Below, piece after piece: positions 8,851-17,331 of a stretch of 64,000 nucleotides of DNA. The stretch lies in contig DATNBU010000041.1 of assembly GCA_035571835.1 (NCBI GenBank), positions 11,955 through 75,954 of the forward strand, read 5' to 3'. Origin of the DNA: Candidatus Limnocylindrales bacterium (GTDB lineage: Bacteria > Desulfobacterota > Binatia > UBA1149 > CAITLU01). The notes beneath the pieces were generated by a model. That model had not been told where the DNA came from. It was given only the letters and a program-made list of their open reading frames with translations, and searched no databases. Each line of letters starts with the position of its first letter. The first letter of the stretch is position 1. A program made the translations under genes and the position numbers.

Positions 8851-9815
8851 GCCGGCGCAGGGCACGACAGCGTCAGCGCACCGCCGACGGCTTTCTTCAG
8901 GATCGCAAGCGCATCGGATGCTGCAACCGAGCCGTTGGCGTTGACGTCGCACACCGTCACGTCACAGACTTTGGCCGAGACCGCGGACTGCAGCGCGAAC
9001 AGCGCGTCGGTTGCGGTCACCGTGCCGGAATCGTTCGGATCTCCGCACGCGAGCGCATCGCATCCTGCGTCGCAGTATTCGCCCGGAGCCCAGGTCGTAT
9101 CGCCGTCGTCGCAGGTCTCTCCCGCAGACGTGATGCCGTCGCCGCATGCGACAGCCACTGCGCAGTCGGCGTCGTCCTGGTCGTAGACACCGTCGCCGTC
9201 GTTGTCGAGACCGAACAGACCGAACCTGTTCTCGTTGCCGGGTGATGCGGCTGCGTTGCACGGATCGACGGGCTTGCTCGCATGCGCGGAGTCGGGCGTG
9301 AAGTAATACGGAGGCTTTTCGTCTTCGCCGGCCGGCGCGCCGTCGCTGTGGCAGTCGGCGCAGTCGCTGATGCCGGCGTTCGCATGATGCAGCCGCAGGC
9401 CGGCGCCCATTCCGCAGTTGGCCGGATCGATCGTCGTGCTGTTGCCGGTGACGCACTCGCCGGTCGCATCGGCCGCGCGCCCGTGACAGCCGAGGCACGA
9501 GACCGGGCTGTATCCGGATATGCCGGCCGAAAGGCCGATGTAGACCGGGCTTCGCGGAGTTCCCGCCGGCGGCTGGTGGCAGACGTTGCACGTACCGCTG
9601 CCCATGAACGCGCTGTGGCCGGTCATGAGATTCGTGCCCCAGCTCGTTCCGTCCGAATCGGAGACGTACGTGCCGGAGTTGAACTCGCCGTGGCAGCCGG
9701 CGCAGCCCGACCACGTCGCATAGGCATGGGCGGACGGAACCCACGTCGCGAACGCCAGATGAGCGACCACTACGGCCGCGCCGACACGAAGGCAGTTCTC
9801 TAAATTCGTTTTCAT
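8847..9815 (-). CDS. secreted tetraheme c-type cytochrome with C-terminal two-repeat dockerin-like (EF-hand-type Ca-binding) module
   Basis: Signal peptide MKTNLENCLRVGAAVVVAHLAFA with RBS GGGAGAG. Four heme motifs: CAGCH, CNVCH, CLGCH, CADCH. C-terminal loops DPNDSGTVTATDALFALQSAV and DVNANGSVAASDALAILKKAVG match the 12-residue dockerin Ca loop at positions 1, 3, 5 and 12, each followed by an L-rich helix. Confidence 0.75.
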   Translation of the reverse strand: MKTNLENCLRVGAAVVVAHLAFATWVPSAHAYATWSGCAGCHGEFNSGTYVSDSDGTSWGTNLMTGHSAFMGSGTCNVCHQPPAGTPRSPVYIGLSAGISGYSPVSCLGCHGRAADATGECVTGNSTTIDPANCGMGAGLRLHHANAGISDCADCHSDGAPAGEDEKPPYYFTPDSAHASKPVDPCNAAASPGNENRFGLFGLDNDGDGVYDQDDADCAVAVACGDGITSAGETCDDGDTTWAPGEYCDAGCDALACGDPNDSGTVTATDALFALQSAVSAKVCDVTVCDVNANGSVAASDALAILKKAVGGALTLSCPAPA

Positions 9816-10012
9816 TTCCGCTCTCCCTTGCTTCCTGTTCGCCGTCGCATCTGCATCAGACATCGCCTGCGGGAGCCCGATCCCGGGCCGCCGACCTTGC
9901 GTATGCACGGTCCATTCCACGTTGCCGACCGGCTGCTCTCGGACGACATGCTTCTTGCAGGAAAGGAGTTGGCAGATACGGCCCTTCGAAGGCCGTGAAA
10001 GGAGGGCCTGTC

Positions 10013-12487
10013 ATGAAAGCTGTCGCAGAGCGGAGTCCGGGAGCGGTTTTCTCAGCAGTTTTTGTCTTTCTGCTCGCATGGATTGCGGTGCCGCAGGCTT
10101 TTGCGGCGAAGGATGACTGTTCCCAGCCTGTCAGCGGCGGCGACGGCCCCGTGACGAGCGACTGCCTTCATATCCTGTCGACCGCCGTCGGTTCCCAGAT
10201 CTGCGAGACTTCCTGCGTGTGCGATGTCAACGGCAGTAATTCGATCACGTCGATTGACGCATTGATGTGCCTGCGGGCCGCCGTCGACCTCGAGGTCGAC
10301 ATGAATTGTCCATGCGGTGACACGACGACCACGACCATCACCACGACGACGACCACGACCATCGAAGTAACGACGACCACGACCACCACGACGACCACCA
10401 CGCTGCCGGTGGCCGGCGTGATGAACGAGGCGTGCCCGGTCTGCCACGGCGATGGGCGGGTCATCGACGTCGCGTCGTATCACCCCGGCCTGCAGACGAT
10501 TCCGGATATCAACGCCAGCATCGACAGTGTCGCGATCGTCGTGGACGACGTGGCCCACACCGCCAGGCTGACCGTCAACTTCACCGTGACCGATCCCGAT
10601 GGCGATCCGATCCCGGACCTCGGCGCGCCTTCGCCGACGCAGGCCACGCGTTTCGCGTACCTGCGTTTCGCGCTGAGCGAGCTCGAGCCGGCCGAAGACC
10701 TGAGCGGTGATCCGGACAGCTGGGTCAGCTACACGACCGGCGACCGGACGCCCGCCAACCTGACCGACCACGGCGACGGCACCTACACGTACCTGCTCGC
10801 AACCAATCTCTACACCCTCTACATCCCGTCGCTGCGGCACCGGCTGCTGATGACTGTGTCGGGCGCAATCGTAGCGCAGTCGAAGAACGTGACGTACGAC
10901 TTCGTGCCCGAGCAGCTGCCGGGTCCGTTCGTGTTCGACACCAGCCGCGACATCGTGACGACGACCGCGTGCAACAGCTGCCACGGCCGCCTCGGCAGCA
11001 CTCTTGGCGATGCGAGCTTCCACGGCGGCAGCCGCTACACGACCGAGGCCTGCGCGACGTGCCACACGACGTCGCTGGTCGGCGGCAGCGCGGAGTTCGC
11101 GCCGATGGTGCACAAGATCCACGCGGCCCAGAACATCGAAGGGCTCGCGGATTTCTCCGAGGTCACGTACCCGCAGGACGTGCGCAACTGTGCCACGTGC
11201 CACGCCGGCACCGACGGCTCCAACTGGTACACGCGGCCGTCGCAGACGGCATGCGGCTCGTGCCACGCCGATGTCGATTTCGTAACCGGCGAGAATCACG
11301 ACGGCGGTCCGCAGACCAATGCGGCGTGCGTCGACTGTCACTCCGAGGACGCCATCAAGGAAGTGCACGTCACCGACATTTCTACGCCGCATAACCCCGA
11401 CGTTCCGGAAGGCGCGGTGAGCTTCGAGTACGTGCTCGAAGAAGTGACCGTGAACGACAGCAGGCAGGCGGTCGTACGCTTCCACATCAACGCCGACGGC
11501 GAGCCTGTCGATCTCAGCACCATCCCGCCTGCCGGATTCAGCGGCGGTCCGGGCTTCCTCGTCGCCTATGCGCTGCCGCAGGACGGCGTCGAAGTGCCGG
11601 TCGATTACAACAACCTCGGCCGCAGCGCAGGACAGCCGGCGACCGTCACGCTCGCAAGCCTGTCCGGCAAGCTGACCGGTACTCCCGAGAGCTACACCGC
11701 GGTGCTCGACGCCGCTCCGTTCCCGTCCGGCGCGACGATGCGCGCGGTCGCGCTGCAGGGCTACTTCACGCAGCTGATGGGCAATCCCGCCAGCACGACG
11801 GACGATCTCGCGCGCCACACGCCGTCGGTCGTCCAGCCGGTCACCGGCGATCCGGTGCGACGTCAGGTGGTCGAAGTGGCCAAGTGCCTCAACTGCCACG
11901 AGAGCCTCGAGCTGCACGGCGGCAATCGCGTCAACAACGTCCAGGTGTGCGTCACGTGCCACGACCCGAACCTGAGCAGCAGCGGTCGCACCGTGAACCC
12001 GGCCGACGTGACGCAGGAACAGAAGGATGCGCTCGCAGCGGCCGGCCACGACCCGAACGATCCGCTCAGCTGGCCGGAGACATCGATGCAGCTGAAGAAC
12101 CTCGTGCACGGGCTGCACTCGTCCGGAATGCGCAACTTCGATTACGACTTCGTCCGCAATCGAAACGGCGCGTCGTACTTCAACTGGAGCGAAGTGACGT
12201 TCCCGGGCATCCTCAGCAACTGCGAAACCTGTCATTTGCCGGGGACGTACGGCGTCGACCTGCCGGACGGAGTACTGGTGAGCACGAACGTGACCACGAG
12301 CGGCCCGAATGCGACGAGGGCGAGCATCCTCGCGGCTCGTGACAGCGTGCCGAACGATACCGACGAGATCCTGAGCCCGACGGCCGGTCCGTGTTCGATG
12401 TGCCATGACAGCGTGCCGGCAGCGGCCCACATGGAACAGAACGGCGGCGTGATCGGCAAGACGCGCCTCGCTGCTCTGGGCAACTGA
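10013..12487 (+). CDS. secreted decaheme c-type cytochrome with N-terminal dockerin-like module and poly-Thr linker
   Basis: RBS AAGGAGG lies 6 nt upstream of ATG 10013. The protein starts with a signal peptide. A dockerin-like loop DVNGSNSITSIDALMCLRAAV follows, then the linker TTTTITTTTTTTIEVTTTTTTTTTTT. Ten CxxCH motifs are present: CPVCH, CNSCH, CATCH twice, CGSCH, CVDCH, CLNCH, CVTCH, CETCH, CSMCH. Confidence 0.8.
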   Translation: MKAVAERSPGAVFSAVFVFLLAWIAVPQAFAAKDDCSQPVSGGDGPVTSDCLHILSTAVGSQICETSCVCDVNGSNSITSIDALMCLRAAVDLEVDMNCPCGDTTTTTITTTTTTTIEVTTTTTTTTTTTLPVAGVMNEACPVCHGDGRVIDVASYHPGLQTIPDINASIDSVAIVVDDVAHTARLTVNFTVTDPDGDPIPDLGAPSPTQATRFAYLRFALSELEPAEDLSGDPDSWVSYTTGDRTPANLTDHGDGTYTYLLATNLYTLYIPSLRHRLLMTVSGAIVAQSKNVTYDFVPEQLPGPFVFDTSRDIVTTTACNSCHGRLGSTLGDASFHGGSRYTTEACATCHTTSLVGGSAEFAPMVHKIHAAQNIEGLADFSEVTYPQDVRNCATCHAGTDGSNWYTRPSQTACGSCHADVDFVTGENHDGGPQTNAACVDCHSEDAIKEVHVTDISTPHNPDVPEGAVSFEYVLEEVTVNDSRQAVVRFHINADGEPVDLSTIPPAGFSGGPGFLVAYALPQDGVEVPVDYNNLGRSAGQPATVTLASLSGKLTGTPESYTAVLDAAPFPSGATMRAVALQGYFTQLMGNPASTTDDLARHTPSVVQPVTGDPVRRQVVEVAKCLNCHESLELHGGNRVNNVQVCVTCHDPNLSSSGRTVNPADVTQEQKDALAAAGHDPNDPLSWPETSMQLKNLVHGLHSSGMRNFDYDFVRNRNGASYFNWSEVTFPGILSNCETCHLPGTYGVDLPDGVLVSTNVTTSGPNATRASILAARDSVPNDTDEILSPTAGPCSMCHDSVPAAAHMEQNGGVIGKTRLAALGN

Positions 12488-12492
12488 ACGAA

Positions 12493-12537
12493 CGCAGGGA
12501 ACCTCGCAGCCATGAAGCGGCTGCGAGGTTCCCTGCG
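12493..12537 (+). terminator. strong stem-loop (19-bp perfect stem CGCAGGGAACCTCGCAGCC / GGCTGCGAGGTTCCCTGCG, 5-nt loop) 6 nt after the decaheme stop
   Basis: Perfect inverted repeat read in the sequence. No canonical U-tract follows (GTCTTTCACC), so it may act as a rho-dependent or processing signal rather than an intrinsic terminator. Confidence 0.55.
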
Positions 12538-12895
12538 TCGATCCGCCGCGTCTTTCACCGTCGAAAGCGCTTCACCTGCAACTTTCTGCTTTGCGCGACG
12601 GTCGCGCATCAAAAAAGCATTGCCGATTTCGCGACAATAGAGACATCTCCCCGAGTTTGCTGAGGTCGCAACGCGTCAGCGCCTCGCATTGCGAAGCGTT
12701 TCGACCAACCATTCCGTTCCCAGTTTCAAAAAATTCCGGTGCGCAGGATCGCCCGGCGGGCGTGAAGCGCTTGTTCTACCGGCGCCACGGCTGTACCCGT
12801 CCTCCTCAAGCGCACGGCGGGGGAGGGGAACGGTGCGTATCTGCGGACTCATTGGTTCGCAGATCCCGCCTGTCGCTTCACCTAGGGAGGTTCCG

Positions 12896-14920
12896 ATGCG
12901 CTCGAGACTGACGCTCTGCGTGCTATTTGCCGCCACGCTCTGGTATCCGCTGCAGGCTGCGGCTACCTGCGGAGACGGCATACTCGAACCGCTCAACGGT
13001 GAGCAGTGCGACGTACCCGGCGGCACCTTCTGCTGCATCGGCTGCCAGTTTCGAGGGTCGGAGACGCTGTGTCGCGCTGCGACCGGCGCCTGCGACGTCG
13101 AAGAATACTGCGCAGGCAACAGCACGGCGTGCCCGGCCAACAGCGTCAAGCCGAGCAGCACGATCTGTCGCGAGTCTCCGGGATCGGTCGCATCGCAGGT
13201 CGAATCCACACGCGGGCCGAGTGATCCGGACACCACCGGAACGGTCTCGGTCGGCGCGTCGTCGAGCTTCCAGTTCAAAATCGGAACCGGCGGCCTGCTG
13301 CGGACAGTTACCGCGGTGCCGTCGAGCTCGCTGCAGACGTTCGTCGACGACATCAATGCGCTGAAGAACAGCGCACCGCTTTACCAGAGGGTATCGGCCA
13401 ACCTGTTCAATGCCGGGAGCAACTGCCAGGCCGATGCGCCGGGCAACAACTCCTGTCTGTCGAACTCGGATTGCTCGGCCAACGTCGACTGCGCCACCAC
13501 GTACAAGGTCCTTCTGCTTGCCGAGACTCGCGGTGCGGACTCGATCATCGTCCAGACCGACCAGACGCAGCTCAAGTTCGCGACCCGCATCGCCGGCGCC
13601 GATGACCCCTGCAACGCGACCGAACGGTGCAACGGAACCAGCGCGAGCTGTCCCGCCGATTCGTTCCAGAATTCGTCGTTCGTCTGCCGTCCGTCCGCCG
13701 GCTCGTGCGACGTCCAGGAGAACTGTCCCGGCAACGCTTCGCTCCTCTGTCCGGCCGACACGGTCCTGGCGTCCACTACCGTGTGCCGATCGTCCGCCGG
13801 TGTCTGCGATCCGGCGGAGCTCTGCACGGGCAGTAACGGCGTTTGTCCGACCGATTCGAAGAGCACGGCGATCTGCCGGGCTTCGGGCGGCGGCTGTGAT
13901 CCGGCCGAGGTATGCGACGGCATCGCCGATGCGTGTCCTGCAACTGCCCTCAGCAGCAACGGCACCGTGTGCCGTGCACCTGCGGGAGGCTGCGACGCCG
14001 CGGAAACCTGCGACGGCGCAAGCGTCGTGTGCCCGGCCGACGTCAACCTGCCCGCGAGCACGCTTTGCCGCGCCGATGTCGGCCAGTGCGACGTTGCCGA
14101 CTTCTGCACCGGCACCACCAGGGATTGCCCGGCCGACAACTTCGAGCCCGACGGCACGACCTGCGACGACGCCGATGTCTGCACCGTCAACGACCAATGC
14201 ATCGGCGGCGTCTGCGTCGTCGATCCCCAGCATTGCGGCGACGGCGTGCTGCAGCTGACCTGCACCGAGGAGTGCGACGACGGCAACGTCGACGACGTCG
14301 ACGGATGCTCGTCGACGTGTGAGGCCGAGCCCGGGCTCGGCTGCCCGTACTTCCCGCTGTCCGGATGCCGCCAGTCGACGGTGCCGGGCAAGTCGCGAGT
14401 CGACATTCGCGACGAAGAGAAAATCAGCGGACTCAAGTTCCAGTGGCGCTGGAAAAAGGGAGCGGCGACTACCGAAGCTGACTTCGGCGATCCGCTCACC
14501 GATGCGCCGGCCGGAACCAGCTACACGCTGTGTCTGTACGATGCGGTCGGTCTGCTCGCGCAGGCCACCGCGCCTGCCGGCGGCGAATGCGGCGTCAAGG
14601 AACCGGGACCGTGCTGGACCGGGCGCCCGTCGCAGGGCTTCAACTATCTCGATTCCGACCAGTCGATCGAGCCGGACGGTGTCAAAAGCGTCGATCTCGT
14701 CGCGGGTCCGGATGGCAGGGCGTACATCGGGCTCAAGGCAGAAGGCGGACTGTTTCCGTTCCCGTCCAACGGCGGGTTCGGAGGCATCGGCGACCTGACC
14801 GGAATTGCATCGCCGCTCGTCGTGCAGCTCCAGAACACCAGCGGGCTCTGCTTCGAGGCAACCTACAGCGCGCCGTTCAAGCGGCAGCTTCCCACTCGCT
14901 TCCAGGCAAGGGCGAACTGA
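12896..14920 (+). CDS. secreted cysteine-rich repeat protein (Myxococcus-type Cys-rich / disintegrin-like repeats)
   Basis: RBS AGGGAGG precedes ATG 12896, followed by signal peptide MRSRLTLCVLFAATLWYPLQAAA. At least 10 tandem protein repeats of the form CRxxxGxCDxxExCxGxxxxCPAD. Confidence 0.7.
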   Translation: MRSRLTLCVLFAATLWYPLQAAATCGDGILEPLNGEQCDVPGGTFCCIGCQFRGSETLCRAATGACDVEEYCAGNSTACPANSVKPSSTICRESPGSVASQVESTRGPSDPDTTGTVSVGASSSFQFKIGTGGLLRTVTAVPSSSLQTFVDDINALKNSAPLYQRVSANLFNAGSNCQADAPGNNSCLSNSDCSANVDCATTYKVLLLAETRGADSIIVQTDQTQLKFATRIAGADDPCNATERCNGTSASCPADSFQNSSFVCRPSAGSCDVQENCPGNASLLCPADTVLASTTVCRSSAGVCDPAELCTGSNGVCPTDSKSTAICRASGGGCDPAEVCDGIADACPATALSSNGTVCRAPAGGCDAAETCDGASVVCPADVNLPASTLCRADVGQCDVADFCTGTTRDCPADNFEPDGTTCDDADVCTVNDQCIGGVCVVDPQHCGDGVLQLTCTEECDDGNVDDVDGCSSTCEAEPGLGCPYFPLSGCRQSTVPGKSRVDIRDEEKISGLKFQWRWKKGAATTEADFGDPLTDAPAGTSYTLCLYDAVGLLAQATAPAGGECGVKEPGPCWTGRPSQGFNYLDSDQSIEPDGVKSVDLVAGPDGRAYIGLKAEGGLFPFPSNGGFGGIGDLTGIASPLVVQLQNTSGLCFEATYSAPFKRQLPTRFQARAN

Positions 14921-15022
14921 CCGATGCGGCGCGCGATGGAAGCAGCCGCGAGTGCGGCGACGAATCGGATGGGGAACTTCACCGGAAACTCTGCCGGCAA
15001 TTCTTCAATGAGGAACTCTGCG

Positions 15023-16105
15023 ATGCGCAAGACGAGAACGATTCTTCAGCGATGGACGGTCGGCATGGTCGTCATGGCCATGGCCGTTGCCGGGCCTGCG
15101 GCCGCAGCGCCGGTCGATGATGCCAGGGCCCTGATCAACGCGATCGTCGCCACGGGCGATACCGAGCGTGCGTGGCAACTGACGCAGGTCGTGGATTCGA
15201 TGTCGGAGGCCGAGCTCGAGACGTTCGCGAATTCCGGCATCCGCGAGCTGACGGGCCTGATGAACCAGCAACGCGAAGCAATCGAAGCGGCGCGCGACAT
15301 CGGGTTCCGGCTGCCGGCCGAGCCCCCGTCGCCGGTCGTCAGAAACCACAACGACGATTTCCCGCTGTTCACCGACTACACGCCCGACTCGACTAGCTGT
15401 CCGAACTCGCCGGACCAGACCTCGATCGGAACCATCGTCGCGATCCGGTCGACGCTGGTCGGTGCGCAGGCCGCCTACAAGATCGCCAAGGCGCTCTACG
15501 ACGACACCAATCCGGTCTGTCACCAGCTCGTCGTTGCAATCGGCGTCGGCAGCAACCCGCAGACAGCCGTGTGCATCGGCCTCGGCATTGCGGAGACGGT
15601 CGTGCACGTGGCCTTCGATGTCACGGCGAAAGCTCTCGAGCTGATCGATTTCTGCGACGACGAAGTCGACTACGCGAAGATCCGCGCGACCTTCCACGAC
15701 CTCGAGTTCATTCACAATCAGCTGACCACGCACGATACGGACGAGAAGCTTCAGGTCACCACGCACGACGACGAGGAGCAGGCCTTGCTCGACGACCTGC
15801 TCGCGCGCCTCGCACGCATCGAGGGCAAGCTCGATCTTCTCATGAAGAGCCAGCTCGAGATTGCGATGGACCGCCGCGGCGGACGCTCACGTCCGAGTGT
15901 GTTCTACGAGGACCGGCTCGACGAGCTGTGCGGCTATGCGCAGGAAGCCGTCGACGATCTTCCCGACGTCTACCTGGTCGCCGACCAGTGCCAGGGGCTG
16001 ATCAACGAAGGACTTTCTCTCAAACTGACGGACCCCAAGCTGGCAGCGGACACGTGTGTCGCGGCCTTCGTACGAGCCACCGCCGGCTCGTCGACGCTGC
16101 AGTAG
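15023..16105 (+). CDS. secreted hypothetical protein, paralog A (conserved C-terminus RPSVFYEDRLDELC...DDLP...TDPK.AAD.C)
   Basis: Signal peptide MRKTRTILQRWTVGMVVMAMAVAGPAAAAP with RBS GAGGA. The paralog downstream shares the acidic HD/E-rich helical segment and the C-terminal block. Confidence 0.65.
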   Translation: MRKTRTILQRWTVGMVVMAMAVAGPAAAAPVDDARALINAIVATGDTERAWQLTQVVDSMSEAELETFANSGIRELTGLMNQQREAIEAARDIGFRLPAEPPSPVVRNHNDDFPLFTDYTPDSTSCPNSPDQTSIGTIVAIRSTLVGAQAAYKIAKALYDDTNPVCHQLVVAIGVGSNPQTAVCIGLGIAETVVHVAFDVTAKALELIDFCDDEVDYAKIRATFHDLEFIHNQLTTHDTDEKLQVTTHDDEEQALLDDLLARLARIEGKLDLLMKSQLEIAMDRRGGRSRPSVFYEDRLDELCGYAQEAVDDLPDVYLVADQCQGLINEGLSLKLTDPKLAADTCVAAFVRATAGSSTLQ

Positions 16106-16171
16106 CGTGAACGACATGATGCAGATGATGTCTCCGCGAACGATGGGTTCGAATACCGGTGATGTTCCGCA

Positions 16172-16207
16172 GAGGAATCCCAAGAGGAATCCCACGAGGA
16201 ATCCAAT
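16172..16207 (+). repeat. 3 x 12-nt tandem repeat GAGGAATCCCAA/CAC/AAT ending in the start codon of paralog B
   Basis: Read directly: gaggaatcccaa gaggaatcccac gaggaatccaATG. Each unit contains an SD-like GAGGA. Confidence 0.7.
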
Positions 16208-17300
16208 GATCCGTAAAGTCCTGCGACGAACGACAGGGATGTTTCTTCTCACGCTTGCCGTATTGGCCGTAGCGCTGCCGCAAGCGGCTGTTGCGTCCGA
16301 CCGCGACGAGACACTGGAGCTGGCCGATACCATCCGCGACCTCGGATATTCCGGCGAAGCCGCGCAGATCGAGCAGCTGGTGGCGGGAATGTCCGATTCC
16401 GAGCTCCAGCTTCTCGGGGATGCCGGCTTCTTCCAGATCTCTTCCAAGCTGAAAGCGTACCAGGTGGCGAAAGAGCGTGCGGACGCGCTCGAGTTCATCT
16501 CCGTCGAGCCCCAGGGCGCAAGCCAGCGTGCGATCCTGTCCGACTACGATCTGTCGACCTTCCCCGCGGCGGTCTATCCGCCGCAGGATTCGACCTGCGT
16601 CAACGCGGTCGGGACGGTCAGCACCGCGGCAGTCAAGGTCGGGCTCAAGGCTACCGTTTTCACGCTGAGGGAAGCGCTGACGGCCGCCGACGGTGCGCAG
16701 CGGGCGGCGATGGCCGGCTGCAACATCATCGTCATCGCGATCGGCATCGGCGGCAACGCCGCGTCGGCCTGCGTCGTCTCAGCCATCGTTCTCAGCGTGG
16801 CCGACGCTGCCCTGTCGGTCGGCGAAATCTTCATCGACAACCTGATCTTCTGCGACGAACAGGTGCATTTTGCGGAATCCGAAGCCTCCGCTGTTCGCGC
16901 GGAGTACCTGAGCCACCAGCTCGAGCTTCACGATCTCGAGCTCGGCGAGCAGATCGCCACGCACGACGTGGAAGTCCAGGCCAAGGTGCAGCAGGCGATC
17001 GCGCGCGCGGCCAGCATCGAAGGCAAGATCGATCTCGGCCTGAAGACCCAGCTCGAAGTCGCGATGGATCGCAAGACCGTCACGCGTCCGAGCATCTTCT
17101 ACGAGGATCGGCTCGATGAGCTCTGCGATCTCGCGCAGGAGGCGATCGACGATCTGCCGGCCACCTACATCCTGGCAACGAGGGCGCAGACCCTCGTCAA
17201 CGACGGAATGGCGTTCAAGATCACCGATCCGAAGCGCGCGGCCGACGAGTGCATTCGTGGATTCAGCATGGCAACCACGAAGTCGACCGAACACAACTAG
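16206..17300 (+). CDS. secreted hypothetical protein, paralog B of 15023..16105
   Basis: Signal peptide MIRKVLRRTTGMFLLTLAVLAVALPQAAVA. C-terminal block RPSIFYEDRLDELCDLAQEAIDDLPATYILA...TDPKRAADECI is shared with paralog A. The upstream part of ORF 16056 has low GC3 and is judged non-coding. Confidence 0.65.
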   Translation: MIRKVLRRTTGMFLLTLAVLAVALPQAAVASDRDETLELADTIRDLGYSGEAAQIEQLVAGMSDSELQLLGDAGFFQISSKLKAYQVAKERADALEFISVEPQGASQRAILSDYDLSTFPAAVYPPQDSTCVNAVGTVSTAAVKVGLKATVFTLREALTAADGAQRAAMAGCNIIVIAIGIGGNAASACVVSAIVLSVADAALSVGEIFIDNLIFCDEQVHFAESEASAVRAEYLSHQLELHDLELGEQIATHDVEVQAKVQQAIARAASIEGKIDLGLKTQLEVAMDRKTVTRPSIFYEDRLDELCDLAQEAIDDLPATYILATRAQTLVNDGMAFKITDPKRAADECIRGFSMATTKSTEHN

Positions 17301-17331
17301 GCGGCCGTAGCTCGCCGACTCGGGCTTCCTG

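Noticed and set aside
16116-16205. Upstream in-frame extension of paralog B (MMQMMSPRTMGS...RNPKRNPTRNPM) making the 12-nt repeat coding
   Set aside because: GC3 of this stretch is far below the genome's coding average, and it would give an atypically long signal-peptide n-region. The SD-containing repeat fits a non-coding leader better.
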